Source of the DNA: an uncultured Gemmatimonadaceae bacterium | GTDB taxonomy: Bacteria > Gemmatimonadota > Gemmatimonadetes > Gemmatimonadales > Gemmatimonadaceae | NCBI GenBank assembly: GCA_963822945.1 | Contig: CAWGJO010000020.1 | Location: forward strand, 704,001-768,000 | Direction of reading: 5' to 3' | DNA: 64,000 bases | Shown: positions 18,610-29,050 of the stretch, piece after piece | Position numbering within the stretch: the first letter of the stretch is position 1 | How the letters are laid out: each line of letters starts with the position of its first letter | The notes under the pieces: generated by a model | Databases searched by the model: none | Told to the model about the DNA's origin: nothing | Seen by the model: the letters and a program-made list of their open reading frames with translations, nothing else | Translations under genes and position numbers: made by a program

Positions 18610-20341
18610 ACGACTCATGCACGACCTCCGGACGCTGGGACGACGGCTGGTGCGCGTACAGGGCGCGCGCACGGCCGGGGTTCTGGCGCTCACCGTCGTC
18701 AACATGGCGGCGCAGGGCGCCACGGTCGCGTTGCTCGTCCCCTTGCTGCGGGTCGCGGGCGTGCCCACGGGAGGCGGCGTCGTGGGCGCGATCGACCGCG
18801 GCATCCAATCGGCCTTCCACCTCGTGGGGCTCACGCCCACGCTGCCCGCGGTCCTGGTGCTCTTCATCGCGATGGCGTGGGCCCAGGCGATGCTCGAGCA
18901 CCTGGAACTGGTCCAGACCACGCGTCTGGAGCAGGCGCTCGTGCGGGAGTTGCGGGAGACGTTGTATCGTCAGCTGTTGGCCGCGCGCTGGCAGTTCTTC
19001 ACCGACCGCCGCGGTTCCGATCTCACCCACGCCGTCACGCGGGATGCCGACCGGGCAGGAGCGGCCGTCGGCTTCCTCTTCCGAGCGGTGGCGCAGTTCG
19101 CGAGCGTGATCATCTACGGTGTGCTCGCGATCGCCATCTCGCCGGCGGCCTCGGGCGTCGCGCTCGCGGGCGGTCTCCTGCTCGCGCTGCTGCTCCGGCC
19201 CGCCTTGCGGAGCGCGCATGCCACCGGCGAGGCCTTGAGTTCGATCTCCGCCGACGCACTGGCGCTGGTCACGCAGCACGTGGACGCGATCAAGCTCGTG
19301 AAGAGCTATGGCGCCGAGTCGCGCACGCTCGCCGCGTTTCAGGCGGTGGCCGCGCAGTCGGCGGGTTCGGCGGTGGACGCCACGCGCGCCCATGCCCGCG
19401 CGCACGTCGCCACGATCGCGGGCTCGGCCACGCTGTTGGGCGCCATTCTGTTCGTGGCGATCGAGACGTTGCACCTCGATGCCGCGACGACGCTGGTGCT
19501 CGCCTTTCTGTTCTGGCGTCTGGTGCCACGGCTGATGGACGTACAGCAGAGCTTGCGGTACGCGGTGCACGAACTTCCGGGATTCCAGGTCGTGCGAAGG
19601 CTGCTCGAGGCATCGGCGGATGCCCGCGAGGTCGGGGCATCCGAACCCACGGCCGCGCCGATGACGGTCCATACCGGAATCGCGTTCGAGAGCGTGTCGT
19701 TCGCGTACGACACCGTGCCCGTGCTGCACCAGGTGTCGTGCGTCATTCCGGCCGGACGCATCACGGCCTTCGCCGGTCCATCCGGTTCAGGAAAGACGAC
19801 GCTCGTCGATCTGGTGTTGGGCCTGGTCACGCCCAGCGCCGGCACCATCCGCATCGACGGCGCGCCATTGACGGCCGAGCAACTCCCGGCGTGGCGTGCC
19901 GCGGTGGCGTACGTCCCGCAGGAATCGCTGCTCTTTCACGACACGATTCTCGCCAACTTGCAGTGGGCCAATCCGCGCGCTGCGGCCTCGGACGTCTGGG
20001 AAGCCCTGCGTGGGGCGGCGGCCGATGACTTCGTTCGCCGGCTGCCGGCCGGGCTCGATACGGTGGTCGGTGATCGCGGCGTGCGTCTCTCGGGGGGAGA
20101 ACGCCAGCGGCTGGCGCTCGCGCGCGCCCTCCTGCGGCGGCCGGCGCTCCTCGTGCTGGACGAGGCGACGAGCGCCGTCGACGCGGAGAGCGAGGGGCGC
20201 ATTCTCGACGCGATCGAGGTGCTTCGCGGATCGATCACGACCATTCTGGTGAGCCACCGTGCGGCCCCGTTGCGGCGGGCCGAGATCGTCTACCAGCTCA
20301 GCGACGGGACGATCGCGCCTCAGCTCTCCGCCGCGGAGTAG
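18602..20341 (+). CDS. ABC exporter, fused permease/ATPase
   Basis: N-terminal TM domain; GPSGSGKT, YVPQE, LSGGERQR, LVLDEATSAVD, VSHR. Confidence 0.95.
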   Translation: MSERLMHDLRTLGRRLVRVQGARTAGVLALTVVNMAAQGATVALLVPLLRVAGVPTGGGVVGAIDRGIQSAFHLVGLTPTLPAVLVLFIAMAWAQAMLEHLELVQTTRLEQALVRELRETLYRQLLAARWQFFTDRRGSDLTHAVTRDADRAGAAVGFLFRAVAQFASVIIYGVLAIAISPAASGVALAGGLLLALLLRPALRSAHATGEALSSISADALALVTQHVDAIKLVKSYGAESRTLAAFQAVAAQSAGSAVDATRAHARAHVATIAGSATLLGAILFVAIETLHLDAATTLVLAFLFWRLVPRLMDVQQSLRYAVHELPGFQVVRRLLEASADAREVGASEPTAAPMTVHTGIAFESVSFAYDTVPVLHQVSCVIPAGRITAFAGPSGSGKTTLVDLVLGLVTPSAGTIRIDGAPLTAEQLPAWRAAVAYVPQESLLFHDTILANLQWANPRAAASDVWEALRGAAADDFVRRLPAGLDTVVGDRGVRLSGGERQRLALARALLRRPALLVLDEATSAVDAESEGRILDAIEVLRGSITTILVSHRAAPLRRAEIVYQLSDGTIAPQLSAAE

Positions 20342-22788
20342 CCATAGCCGTAGTAGGAGTCGCCGTAGCGCCCGTACCGCGGGGTACGGGCGTCGGGATC
20401 GTTGAGCACCGCGCCGAGCATTCGGCCTCCGAGGTGCACGATCTGTTGCACGGCGTGCCGGGCCGCGACGCGCTCCGACTTGCCGGCCCGCACCACGAGC
20501 ACCACGCCATCCGCCTGGACCCCCATCAGCGCGGCATCGGCCGTCACGAGCACCGGCGGTGTGTCGATGAGGACCACGTCGAACTGTTCACGCAGCGTGC
20601 CCAGCAGATCGTGCATCCGTTCGCCGCCCAGGAACTCCAGCGGATTCGGTGGCAGCGTGCCGGCGGGAATAATGCTCAACCCGGCGATGCCCGAAGCCCG
20701 AACCGCCTGCTCGATCGTGGCGTTCCCGACCAGGAGATCGGTGAGCCCGGGTTCGAGTCCCAGGCCGAACACGTCGTGCACGCGGGCACGGCGCAGGTCG
20801 GCATCGACGAGCGCCACCCGGCGTCCCTGCTGCGCGAACGCGACGGCCAGATTCGCGGTGGTGGTGGTCTTCCCCTCTCCGGCCGACGCGCTGGTGACGA
20901 CGACGACGCGCAGTCCCGGCCGCGACGCGGAGTACATCAGGTTCGTCATCAGCTTGCGGTACGACTCGGCGCTGGCGGAGCGCACGTCGTTCACCATCAC
21001 CAGTTCGCTGCCCACTTCATCGCTGATGAGTCCGCGCTGTGGCACCAGACTCGGCAGCAGCCGATGGGCCGTCCCGCGCACCCGGGCCTGCCAGCCATCG
21101 CCTCCGTCGCCGGCGATCTGCGGGATCAGGGCCAGCCCGGGCACGTGCATGATGCTCTCCAGATCCTCCCAGCGGCGCACACTGCTATTCAGACGGTCGA
21201 TCAGCACGGCGAGGCCGAGGCCGAACAACAGGCCGAGGAATGCACCATAGAGCACCTTGCGACGCCGACCGGCGCCGATCGAGCCGTCGGGGTACCGGGC
21301 CAGGTCCACGATATCCACGTCGCCGGCTTCCACGGCTTCGGCGATCTTGGCCAGTTGCAGCTCGTCGTTGAGCTTGTCCGACATCTTGAGAATGTTGTCG
21401 GCATCCCGCTGCAGGCGCTGCTCGGTCTCCTCCACCCCCGGGATGGCCGCGATCTGCCGCAGACGCTCGTCGCGGAGGCTGTCCACCGCCGCGATCTGCC
21501 CGTCGAGCACCGTGATCTGATTCTGCACCGCCGCGCGGAGCTGCGGCTCCGTGCTGGCGATGAGCGCATCCACGCGCTCCACGGCAGGATGTTCCGCAGT
21601 ATGGGCAAATGCACCCGTGGTGAGTGAGTCACGCGCCTGCGCGTACCGGCTCAATTCGCTGAACAGCATGTTGATCGAGGCGTTCCCGGAGGGATCGACC
21701 ACGAACGCGAGCGTGCGCAGCACCGACACGTCCCCATGTTCGTATCGCTGGAGCGCGGTGATGAGGGACTGGTAGCTCGCCCGCGTGTTCCGGAGCGTCT
21801 CGGCTCGCTTGTTGAGGCTCGTCAACTCGGCTTGTTCGGCGTTGTACTTGTCCTGGGCGCTGAACGCCATCGTGTTCTTGCGATACGCCGCGATCTTCGC
21901 CTGCGCCAGCGCCAGCGCGGAGTCGGTGGTCCGCAACTGGCTCTCGATGAACACTCGCCGGCGGTGTGATTCCTGTCGCGCCGATTCGGCATTCTGCGCC
22001 TTGAACACCCGGGCCACCTCGCTCGCCACGTCCTGCGCTCGATACGGATCGAACGACGTGTAGGAGATGTCGATCACCGATGTCATGTCGCGCGGCTTGA
22101 CCACGAGCCCGCCGAGCACCTGATCCACGGCCTGGTCGTGGGCGAGGACGGCGAGCGTCGCCGACGCAAATCCGGGCGGTTGTGGGATCGTGAAGGTGAC
22201 CCCGCCGATGCTCACCGGGCTCCCATACTCACCAACGATGGTATCGTGAACGCCGAAGACCGTGAAGTGCGACTTGGTGAAACGGAACTCCAGCTTCGTG
22301 GGAGGCGCCGTCCGGTCGACGTGCACGTTCGTGAAGAATCCCATGTAGAAGCCGCGAGTCTGGCTCTGCAACTGAAGGCCGAGTGAATCCACCACCTGTT
22401 CGGCAACGATGCGGCTCTTGATGACCTGCACCTGGGTGAGGATCGGGTCCGTGTACCCGCCGAATCCACTGCCGTAATCCTGCACGAGATTCCCGCTCAT
22501 CGTCGCGCCCTGGTCGGTAAGCCGCACGGCACTGGACGAGCGGAACATCGGCAGGTCGTTGCGCGTCACGTATCCCTGGTAGGCGATTCCAATGACCGTC
22601 GTGAGTCCGAGAATCCACCAGAAGCGCCGGAGCACTGACAGGTACTGGCGCAGCGGATTCTGGTCGCCGACCGCCGCCTCCGAACCGAACCCCGGACCAA
22701 ACCCGCCCGGTTGCGGATACGGGATCGCCGGCAGCATTCCGCTTCGGATCTGCCGATTTGCCTCGGCCGGTGTTTTACGTTCCGACAC
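20320..22788 (-). CDS. wzc: Polysaccharide co-polymerase / tyrosine autokinase (Wzc/GumC)
   Basis: Two TM segments around a coiled-coil periplasmic region; SAGEGKTT, DADLRR, LIDTPP; Tyr-rich tail RYGRYGDSYYGYGY. Confidence 0.92.
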   Translation of the reverse strand: MSERKTPAEANRQIRSGMLPAIPYPQPGGFGPGFGSEAAVGDQNPLRQYLSVLRRFWWILGLTTVIGIAYQGYVTRNDLPMFRSSSAVRLTDQGATMSGNLVQDYGSGFGGYTDPILTQVQVIKSRIVAEQVVDSLGLQLQSQTRGFYMGFFTNVHVDRTAPPTKLEFRFTKSHFTVFGVHDTIVGEYGSPVSIGGVTFTIPQPPGFASATLAVLAHDQAVDQVLGGLVVKPRDMTSVIDISYTSFDPYRAQDVASEVARVFKAQNAESARQESHRRRVFIESQLRTTDSALALAQAKIAAYRKNTMAFSAQDKYNAEQAELTSLNKRAETLRNTRASYQSLITALQRYEHGDVSVLRTLAFVVDPSGNASINMLFSELSRYAQARDSLTTGAFAHTAEHPAVERVDALIASTEPQLRAAVQNQITVLDGQIAAVDSLRDERLRQIAAIPGVEETEQRLQRDADNILKMSDKLNDELQLAKIAEAVEAGDVDIVDLARYPDGSIGAGRRRKVLYGAFLGLLFGLGLAVLIDRLNSSVRRWEDLESIMHVPGLALIPQIAGDGGDGWQARVRGTAHRLLPSLVPQRGLISDEVGSELVMVNDVRSASAESYRKLMTNLMYSASRPGLRVVVVTSASAGEGKTTTTANLAVAFAQQGRRVALVDADLRRARVHDVFGLGLEPGLTDLLVGNATIEQAVRASGIAGLSIIPAGTLPPNPLEFLGGERMHDLLGTLREQFDVVLIDTPPVLVTADAALMGVQADGVVLVVRAGKSERVAARHAVQQIVHLGGRMLGAVLNDPDARTPRYGRYGDSYYGYGYSAAES

Positions 22789-23920
22789 GAATCCTCCCTC
22801 GAACGCGCCGACCGCCTTCCGTCATCACGCGGGCGTACACGGCGAGCGTACGCTCGGTCATGCCGCCCAGGCTGTACCGCTCCGCAACCCGGCGCCGCCC
22901 GGCCGCGCCCAGGCGCGCCGCAAGTGCCGGATCGTCCAGCAGGCGATTCACGGCGTCCGCCAGCACCGTCGGATCGCCCGGCGGCACCGTGAGGCCCGTG
23001 ACCCCGTCAACCGACACCCCCGGCACTCCCGACGGAATCCGCATGTTGACCACCGGCAGGCCGGCAGCCATGGCTTCGAGCTGCACGATGCCGAACGCCT
23101 CGCTGCGCAGATGGGAGGGCAGCGCGAAAACGCGCGCCGCATGATAGTACGGCCGCGTGTCGGGCACGTGCCCGAGCAGCGTTATCCGGTCGGAGACCCC
23201 GAGGGCCTCTGCTTCCGCGGCGAGCCGCTCCCGTTCGGGTCCCTGACCGACGATGAGCGCGTGCCCCTGGATCCGCTGCATGGCGCGAATCAGGAATTCG
23301 AGCCCCTTGTAGTACACCAGCCGCCCCACGGCGAGGACGATGCGGTCACCAAAGCGGTTGCGAATCGCCGCCACGGCAACAGCATCGGCGGCGGTGTATC
23401 CGTCGGGATCGATGGCCATCGGAATGACCACGCACCGGTCGCGGTATCGTTCGAGCATGGTCGAGGTGTCGAGATATTCCTGAGAACTGACGATGATGGC
23501 ATCGGCGCGCCGCAGCACGGCGCGTACGATGGGGTCGTACACGATGTTGAGCAGCCGCTGCTGCACGACGTCACTGTGATATGTGACGACCAACCGCCCC
23601 CGATGGCCACTGGCCAGATAGCTCAGGAAGGCCGAAGGATTGGGGTGGTGCAGATGAACCACGTCGGCCTGGCTGTCGCGGATCAGCCGCCGGAGGTCCG
23701 GACACAGCGGTGCACTCCGGACCGTGGCCCAGGTACCCACCCGCGTGACGGAAACACCGTCGACCACTTCGTGTGCGGTTCGCCGCGAACGGGCAGCCAC
23801 CAGCACCTCCACGTGGGCCCGGTCACGCATGTGCCGGCACAGCCCCTCGAGGTGGGTCTCCATGCCGCCCTCCTCGGGCGGGTAGAACTTGCCGACCTGC
23901 AGAACCCGCAGTTCAGGCAC
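22775..23920 (-). CDS. Glycosyltransferase family 4
   Basis: GKFYPPEEGGME, VGRLVYYKGL, SEAFGIVQLEAMAAGLP. Confidence 0.92.
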   Translation of the reverse strand: MPELRVLQVGKFYPPEEGGMETHLEGLCRHMRDRAHVEVLVAARSRRTAHEVVDGVSVTRVGTWATVRSAPLCPDLRRLIRDSQADVVHLHHPNPSAFLSYLASGHRGRLVVTYHSDVVQQRLLNIVYDPIVRAVLRRADAIIVSSQEYLDTSTMLERYRDRCVVIPMAIDPDGYTAADAVAVAAIRNRFGDRIVLAVGRLVYYKGLEFLIRAMQRIQGHALIVGQGPERERLAAEAEALGVSDRITLLGHVPDTRPYYHAARVFALPSHLRSEAFGIVQLEAMAAGLPVVNMRIPSGVPGVSVDGVTGLTVPPGDPTVLADAVNRLLDDPALAARLGAAGRRRVAERYSLGGMTERTLAVYARVMTEGGRRVRGRIRVGT

Positions 23921-25058
23921 GGGCCACCTCGGCGTAGAGGGCGGCCATGCGCCGTGCGCATTCCTCCCACGTAAACCGGCCGGCCTGGGCCGCCGCCGCC
24001 CGGCGACGCTGCTGCCAACGATCGGGGGCCGTCGCCCGCTCGACCAGCAGGCCCCCGATCACCGAGGCCCAGCGGTCCACATCCGCCACCGCCGCGTAGC
24101 TCGCTGCCGTTCCCCCCACCTCCCGGAGCACCGGCAGGTCGCTGGCCACCACCGGCGTGCCGCATGCCATTGCTTCCACCACGGGCAACCCGAATCCCTC
24201 GGCTTCGGACGGCAGGAGCACCAGCGCTGCCCGGCGATAGGCGTCGGCCAGAACCTCCCGCTCTACCCGCGGCATCACCGTGATCGCTCCGTCGACGCCC
24301 AGCCGGCGGGCGAGCGCCCCCTGCGGGGCCGTGAACGCCCCGCCGATTCGGACCAGGCGCGCGTCCGGCACGGCATCGCGCACACGCGCGAACACGGTGA
24401 GCAGCACGTCGATCCGCTTGCGCGGAATCGTGCTGCCAACGTGCAGCAGCATCGGGGCGACGGTGCCGGCGGCCGCGGCTCCACTGATGGCCGGCGTGAA
24501 GGCGGGGTGGACCCCCAGCGGCACCACTTCGAGCCGCGTCGTGCGCAGCCCATGTTGCACCAGGGCGTCGCGTGTCGCCACGCTGTCGCAGGTCACCACG
24601 GCCGCGCGGCGCAGCCCGTCGAGCACGCGCTGTGTCATGCGGCGGAACATGGCGCCACGAGACTCGGTGGCTGGATCGAACAGCGACCGGAACGCGTCCA
24701 CGTCATGACACGTGACGATGGTGTGCGCGGCGGGAAGTTCGTGTACCAGGTGCGCATAGGTATGGTCCACGACGTGATACGCGTCGTGTCGGCCGCGGTG
24801 CCGGCGCAGCCATCGCGGATACCGGCGGTGACGGTCCAGATAGCGATTGGCGTTCACCACGGCCTGCACGTGCGTCATCCGGGCAGTGGTCGCCGGCCAG
24901 CGCGGCATCGCCGGACGGATCCGCACCGGATCGACTGCTGGCGCGGGCACGGCCGGCAGTGTGCGAAGCAACTCGTCGGCCACGAGATCCATGCTCGGCC
25001 AGTGCTCCTCGAGCAGGTCGCAGACGATTCCCACACCCAGCGGCGCGCCGGCGGTCAT
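23913..25058 (-). CDS. Glycosyltransferase family 4
   Basis: HVGSTIPRKR, EGFGLPVVEAMACG; ATG 25058 overlaps the upstream stop (ATGA). Confidence 0.92.
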   Translation of the reverse strand: MTAGAPLGVGIVCDLLEEHWPSMDLVADELLRTLPAVPAPAVDPVRIRPAMPRWPATTARMTHVQAVVNANRYLDRHRRYPRWLRRHRGRHDAYHVVDHTYAHLVHELPAAHTIVTCHDVDAFRSLFDPATESRGAMFRRMTQRVLDGLRRAAVVTCDSVATRDALVQHGLRTTRLEVVPLGVHPAFTPAISGAAAAGTVAPMLLHVGSTIPRKRIDVLLTVFARVRDAVPDARLVRIGGAFTAPQGALARRLGVDGAITVMPRVEREVLADAYRRAALVLLPSEAEGFGLPVVEAMACGTPVVASDLPVLREVGGTAASYAAVADVDRWASVIGGLLVERATAPDRWQQRRRAAAAQAGRFTWEECARRMAALYAEVARA

Positions 25059-25834
25059 CGGGGCCGGCAGACGAACCACGCCTGGCTGGCGAACTGGGGG
25101 CCGAGCCAACTCAGCGGCGAAAATCTGGTATCGATCACGCGAAAGGTTTCGCTCACCCGCTTGCGCATGGCCCGCCAATTGAAGCCTTTGTGTCCGTGAT
25201 ACCGATTCGGGATTCCGCTCTCGAACTCGGTCTCGTATACCGGTCGCTCGACCACGACCCGGTCACCCGGCGCGAGCATGCGGACGAATTCCCGCGTTCG
25301 ATACGTCTCCCGATGTCGATAGTCGCTCGATACACGCCGCGCGGCCACCGCCCGTGCGGCTTGCTTCACGACCAAGGGAAGGCCGGTCTCCACCGGAACG
25401 CTGATGATCACGCGTCCATCGTCCGCGACGAGCCGGCGCATGCGCGCCAGCGCGACATCCACGGCATCGGGCGGGCAGTGCTCCAGCACCTCGGTGCACA
25501 GCACGACGCCGAAGTTCCCCGGCGGAAGGGCGTCGCTCTCCTGGGCGAGCATGAACCGCAGGTCCCCCAGTTGCCCGAACCGTTCCGTGCAGACGCGCAC
25601 GAGCCCCGGGTCCACCTCCAGTCCCACCGATCCGGGAAACCGCTCGTGCGCCAGGGCGAGAAACGTCCCGTCGCCGCACCCGTAATCCACCAGCGGCCGT
25701 CCGCTGCCGGGCGCCACGAGGCTGAGCGCCGTCTCGAATCGACGACGGTGGCTCCACGACAGGATCGAGCACCCGCCGAACAGCTGCTTTCGGGCGTAGG
25801 TCCCTGCCGCGAGTTGTTGATCGTCGGAACGCAT
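25055..25834 (-). CDS. Class I SAM-dependent methyltransferase
   Basis: VDYGCGDG, CTEVLEH. Confidence 0.88.
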   Translation of the reverse strand: MRSDDQQLAAGTYARKQLFGGCSILSWSHRRRFETALSLVAPGSGRPLVDYGCGDGTFLALAHERFPGSVGLEVDPGLVRVCTERFGQLGDLRFMLAQESDALPPGNFGVVLCTEVLEHCPPDAVDVALARMRRLVADDGRVIISVPVETGLPLVVKQAARAVAARRVSSDYRHRETYRTREFVRMLAPGDRVVVERPVYETEFESGIPNRYHGHKGFNWRAMRKRVSETFRVIDTRFSPLSWLGPQFASQAWFVCRPR

Positions 25835-26985
25835 CAGGATGCCACCAGTTGCTGGAAGAACGTCAGGTGTTGTCGTGCGACCACGGACCAGGCGAAGTCG
25901 TGTTCGGCGCGTGCGCGGCCACGGGTACCCAAGTCGCGGCGGAGGCCGGCGTCGCTCAATACGGTTTCCAGCGCCGCGATCCAGCCGTCGCGATCACCCT
26001 CTCCCACGACGAGTCCCGCGTCGCCGATGACATATGGAATCTCGCCGCTGTCACTCCCCACCACGGGCACCGCGCAGGCGAACGCTTCAACGATCATGCG
26101 GCCGAACTGTTCGCGCCAGCCGGGCGTGGTCTGGCTCGGCGCCGCCAGGACGTCCATCGCTTGCAGATACGGCGGCACGTCGTCGTGCGAGATGCCGGTG
26201 GCAATCCGGACCCGGCCATCGTGACGCGTGGCGAACTCGCGCAGCCGGTCCTCCCATGGCCCGCCGCCCACGAACAACGCGCGCCACGCGACCCCGCGAC
26301 GGTGCAACGCCCCCAACGCGTCCAGCAGCATCGGCAGTCCCTTGCTCTCCACGAACCGTCCCAGATACCCGACGACGGGAATACCGTCGGGGTCCCACCC
26401 GAGCTTGTCGAGCAGCGCCGTCCGCGCGGCCGCATCCGGCGCGAACCGGGCCAGGTCCACGCCAAATGGAATCACCGCGTGCGGGCGGGCCGCATACATC
26501 GGCCGGTGCGCCAGCGTTGCCTCGATCGACCTGCCGAACGCGATCCATCCCCGTGCGCGACGCATGCTGTAACGCTCGATCGCGCCGAACGGCGGCGGGT
26601 ACCGCTTCTCGATGTTCTGAAAGCTGGCGAACACCAGTGCGCCCCGGGACCGGTTCGCCCGCGCCACCTGCGCCGCCGACAGCACGTACGGCTCCTCCCA
26701 GCAGTGGATCACGTCCCACGGTTCGTCCATTACGGCTCCCAGCCCCCCATAGGTCATCACGTGCACCTGCGACGCGAGCCTGACCGGAAGCCTCCGGAGG
26801 TCGCATCGTTCGTCCGGATCGTGCGTCGTGACGATCGGTGCGAGGTCACCGGGATAGCGGTTCGGCGCCGCCACCGTGACCGCCCAGCTCCCGCCCGCTT
26901 CCCGGCCAATGGCTTCCGCCAGTTCTCGGTTGCGGCGTACGCAGTACGAGTGACCGATCGTCAGCAGCCGCCGGGGTCCGCTCAT
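25834..26985 (-). CDS. Glycosyltransferase family 4
   Basis: GRFVESKG, WREQFGRMIVEAFACAVPVVGSDSGEIP; ATGA overlap at 26982-26985. Confidence 0.92.
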   Translation of the reverse strand: MSGPRRLLTIGHSYCVRRNRELAEAIGREAGGSWAVTVAAPNRYPGDLAPIVTTHDPDERCDLRRLPVRLASQVHVMTYGGLGAVMDEPWDVIHCWEEPYVLSAAQVARANRSRGALVFASFQNIEKRYPPPFGAIERYSMRRARGWIAFGRSIEATLAHRPMYAARPHAVIPFGVDLARFAPDAAARTALLDKLGWDPDGIPVVGYLGRFVESKGLPMLLDALGALHRRGVAWRALFVGGGPWEDRLREFATRHDGRVRIATGISHDDVPPYLQAMDVLAAPSQTTPGWREQFGRMIVEAFACAVPVVGSDSGEIPYVIGDAGLVVGEGDRDGWIAALETVLSDAGLRRDLGTRGRARAEHDFAWSVVARQHLTFFQQLVAS

Positions 26986-27902
26986 GCCGGTCCCCGGTAG
27001 TGCGGCGACTCCTGCGTCAGCCGGCGCCATTCGCGAATCGTCGCCCAGCGAACGGCGTGACGCTGCGCCAGTGCCTCGCGCAGATCACGCCCGATCCACC
27101 CGAGAATCAGCCGGAAGCCGCCCGGATCGTGCACCTTCCAGCCTCGCCGCATCTGGAAGTATGCGCGCAGTCGCATCGGCACGCGCACCGCGAGCAGGAG
27201 CAGCGGATCGTTGTAGATGGAGGCGAGCACGCCGTTCCGTACGGTGAGGTGCAGGTAGCGGCGGGCGTCGCGTCCCGCCGGGTCGGTCAGGTGGGCGATC
27301 CGCGCCTCGGGCAGATACACCACGTGCCAGCCCGCATCCAGTGCGCGCAGACACAACTCCCGTTCTTCGCCGTTGATGTTCAACTGTCGCCGGAATCCGC
27401 CGAGCGCGATGAACGCCTCCCGCCGCACCAGGTGCGCGAACCCGATGAACGAGGCCACGTAGCAGGAATGAGCCACCGGCGCCGGTTGGGCGCCCGCGGG
27501 CCATGGCTTCCCGTCGGCTTCCGCCTGCGCGAACGCGACGGCCAGGAGCGCCGGATCTCCATCCATCGTCTGCCGGGCACGTCGGATCGCATCGCCGGAC
27601 AGCAAGACGGTATCGTCGTCGAGATTCAGCACGAACGGCGACCGGGCCTGGAACACGGCTTCGGACCGCGCCGCGGCGAGCCCCTGCCCGGAATCGAAGC
27701 GCAGGACGCGCAGCTTCGCCTGTTCGCGCGGACTCAACGCGCTCCGTACGCGCGGTTCCAGCGGCTCCGGGGAGCCATCATCCACGATGATGACTTCGTC
27801 GAGGATATCGTCGATCGCGGCCAGCGACGCGACACACCGTGCAAGCGACTCCGGCCGCCCGCGGCTCGCGATACCGACCGACACCCGGTTCGCTTCGCTC
27901 AT
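26982..27902 (-). CDS. Glycosyltransferase family 2
   Basis: VIIVDDGS, LNLDDD, GEERELCLR. Confidence 0.9.
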   Translation of the reverse strand: MSEANRVSVGIASRGRPESLARCVASLAAIDDILDEVIIVDDGSPEPLEPRVRSALSPREQAKLRVLRFDSGQGLAAARSEAVFQARSPFVLNLDDDTVLLSGDAIRRARQTMDGDPALLAVAFAQAEADGKPWPAGAQPAPVAHSCYVASFIGFAHLVRREAFIALGGFRRQLNINGEERELCLRALDAGWHVVYLPEARIAHLTDPAGRDARRYLHLTVRNGVLASIYNDPLLLLAVRVPMRLRAYFQMRRGWKVHDPGGFRLILGWIGRDLREALAQRHAVRWATIREWRRLTQESPHYRGPA

Positions 27903-29050
27903 GCCGTCCCCCGCCGTACGGCGATCGCCGCCCGATACGACTCCACCGTCCGCTCGGCGGTCCGCGCCCAGCTGTGCGCAGCGGCCAGGGGATACGCCGC
28001 GGCGGCCAGCCGTTCGCGCAGCGCCGGATCGCGCAGCAACCGGCGCATCGCGGCAGCCAGGTCTTGCGACGTGCGCGGCGCCACCAGCAGGCCGGTTTCC
28101 CCGTCACGAATCAGCGCGGGCGCGCATCCGACCGGCGTCGAGACGACCGGCAGCCGCTGGCTCATCGCCTCGACGATCACCATGCCGAACCCTTCATAGG
28201 TGGACGGCAGCACCAGCAGATCGTGCGAGCGATACTGCCGCATGACCTCTTCCTCGCTCACCCGCTGCAGCACCGTCACGGCGCCGCGTGCGTGTGGCGC
28301 GAACTGCGACAGCACGGCCGCTTCCGGCCTCCCGGCGCCGACGATCGTGAGCCGGGCATCCGGCATCGCCGCCGCGACGTCGGAGAACGCCGCGGCCAGG
28401 TAGCGCACGCCCTTCACGTCGTCCCAGGTGCCGCAGAACAGGATGCCCCGGCCCCGCGGCGCGCCGGGCGGTGGCGCGCTGTCGAGGAACCGCGCCGACA
28501 CACCGTGGGGAACGACGTCGATGGCATCGCGCGACTTCCACCGTCGAGTGGCCGCGAAATCGGCATCGGCCGCGTTGAGCACGATCATCCGGTCGGCCAG
28601 CCGCGCCGCCAGCGCCACCTGGGAGAGTCGCGCCGCGGGATACCACCACCGGCGGTACCACCCCTTGCGGGTCAGGCCGGCGGCATCGTCGTCCAGCAGG
28701 CGCTGGTAGTTGCGGTGCTCCAGTCCGTGCGATCGGCTCACCAGGGCCACTCGGGACGACGGGGAGAGCGCCCGCCGGAGCCCCAGCATGCTGCCTTCCG
28801 CGCTCGCCACGTCGATGACGTCGTACGGTGCGGTCGCGCGCGCCACGGCTCGCGCCGCGAGCGCCGGCGCCACCGCCCAGCGGATCTTCGCCTGACCCGG
28901 CCGCACACCGAGTTCCGGGGCCAGCATCAGGTCGCATCGATGACCGAGTTGCTGCAGCTCTTCCTGCAATTTGTAGTACACCTTGCTCGAGCCGAGCCGC
29001 GAGTCGGCGGCATAGTCGCCGAGCAGGAGAATGCGCAGCGGCTCCGTCAC
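27899..29050 (-). CDS. Glycosyltransferase family 4
   Basis: VKGV, PSTYEGFGMVIVEAM; GTGA overlap at 29047-29050. Confidence 0.92.
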   Translation of the reverse strand: MTEPLRILLLGDYAADSRLGSSKVYYKLQEELQQLGHRCDLMLAPELGVRPGQAKIRWAVAPALAARAVARATAPYDVIDVASAEGSMLGLRRALSPSSRVALVSRSHGLEHRNYQRLLDDDAAGLTRKGWYRRWWYPAARLSQVALAARLADRMIVLNAADADFAATRRWKSRDAIDVVPHGVSARFLDSAPPPGAPRGRGILFCGTWDDVKGVRYLAAAFSDVAAAMPDARLTIVGAGRPEAAVLSQFAPHARGAVTVLQRVSEEEVMRQYRSHDLLVLPSTYEGFGMVIVEAMSQRLPVVSTPVGCAPALIRDGETGLLVAPRTSQDLAAAMRRLLRDPALRERLAAAAYPLAAAHSWARTAERTVESYRAAIAVRRGTA

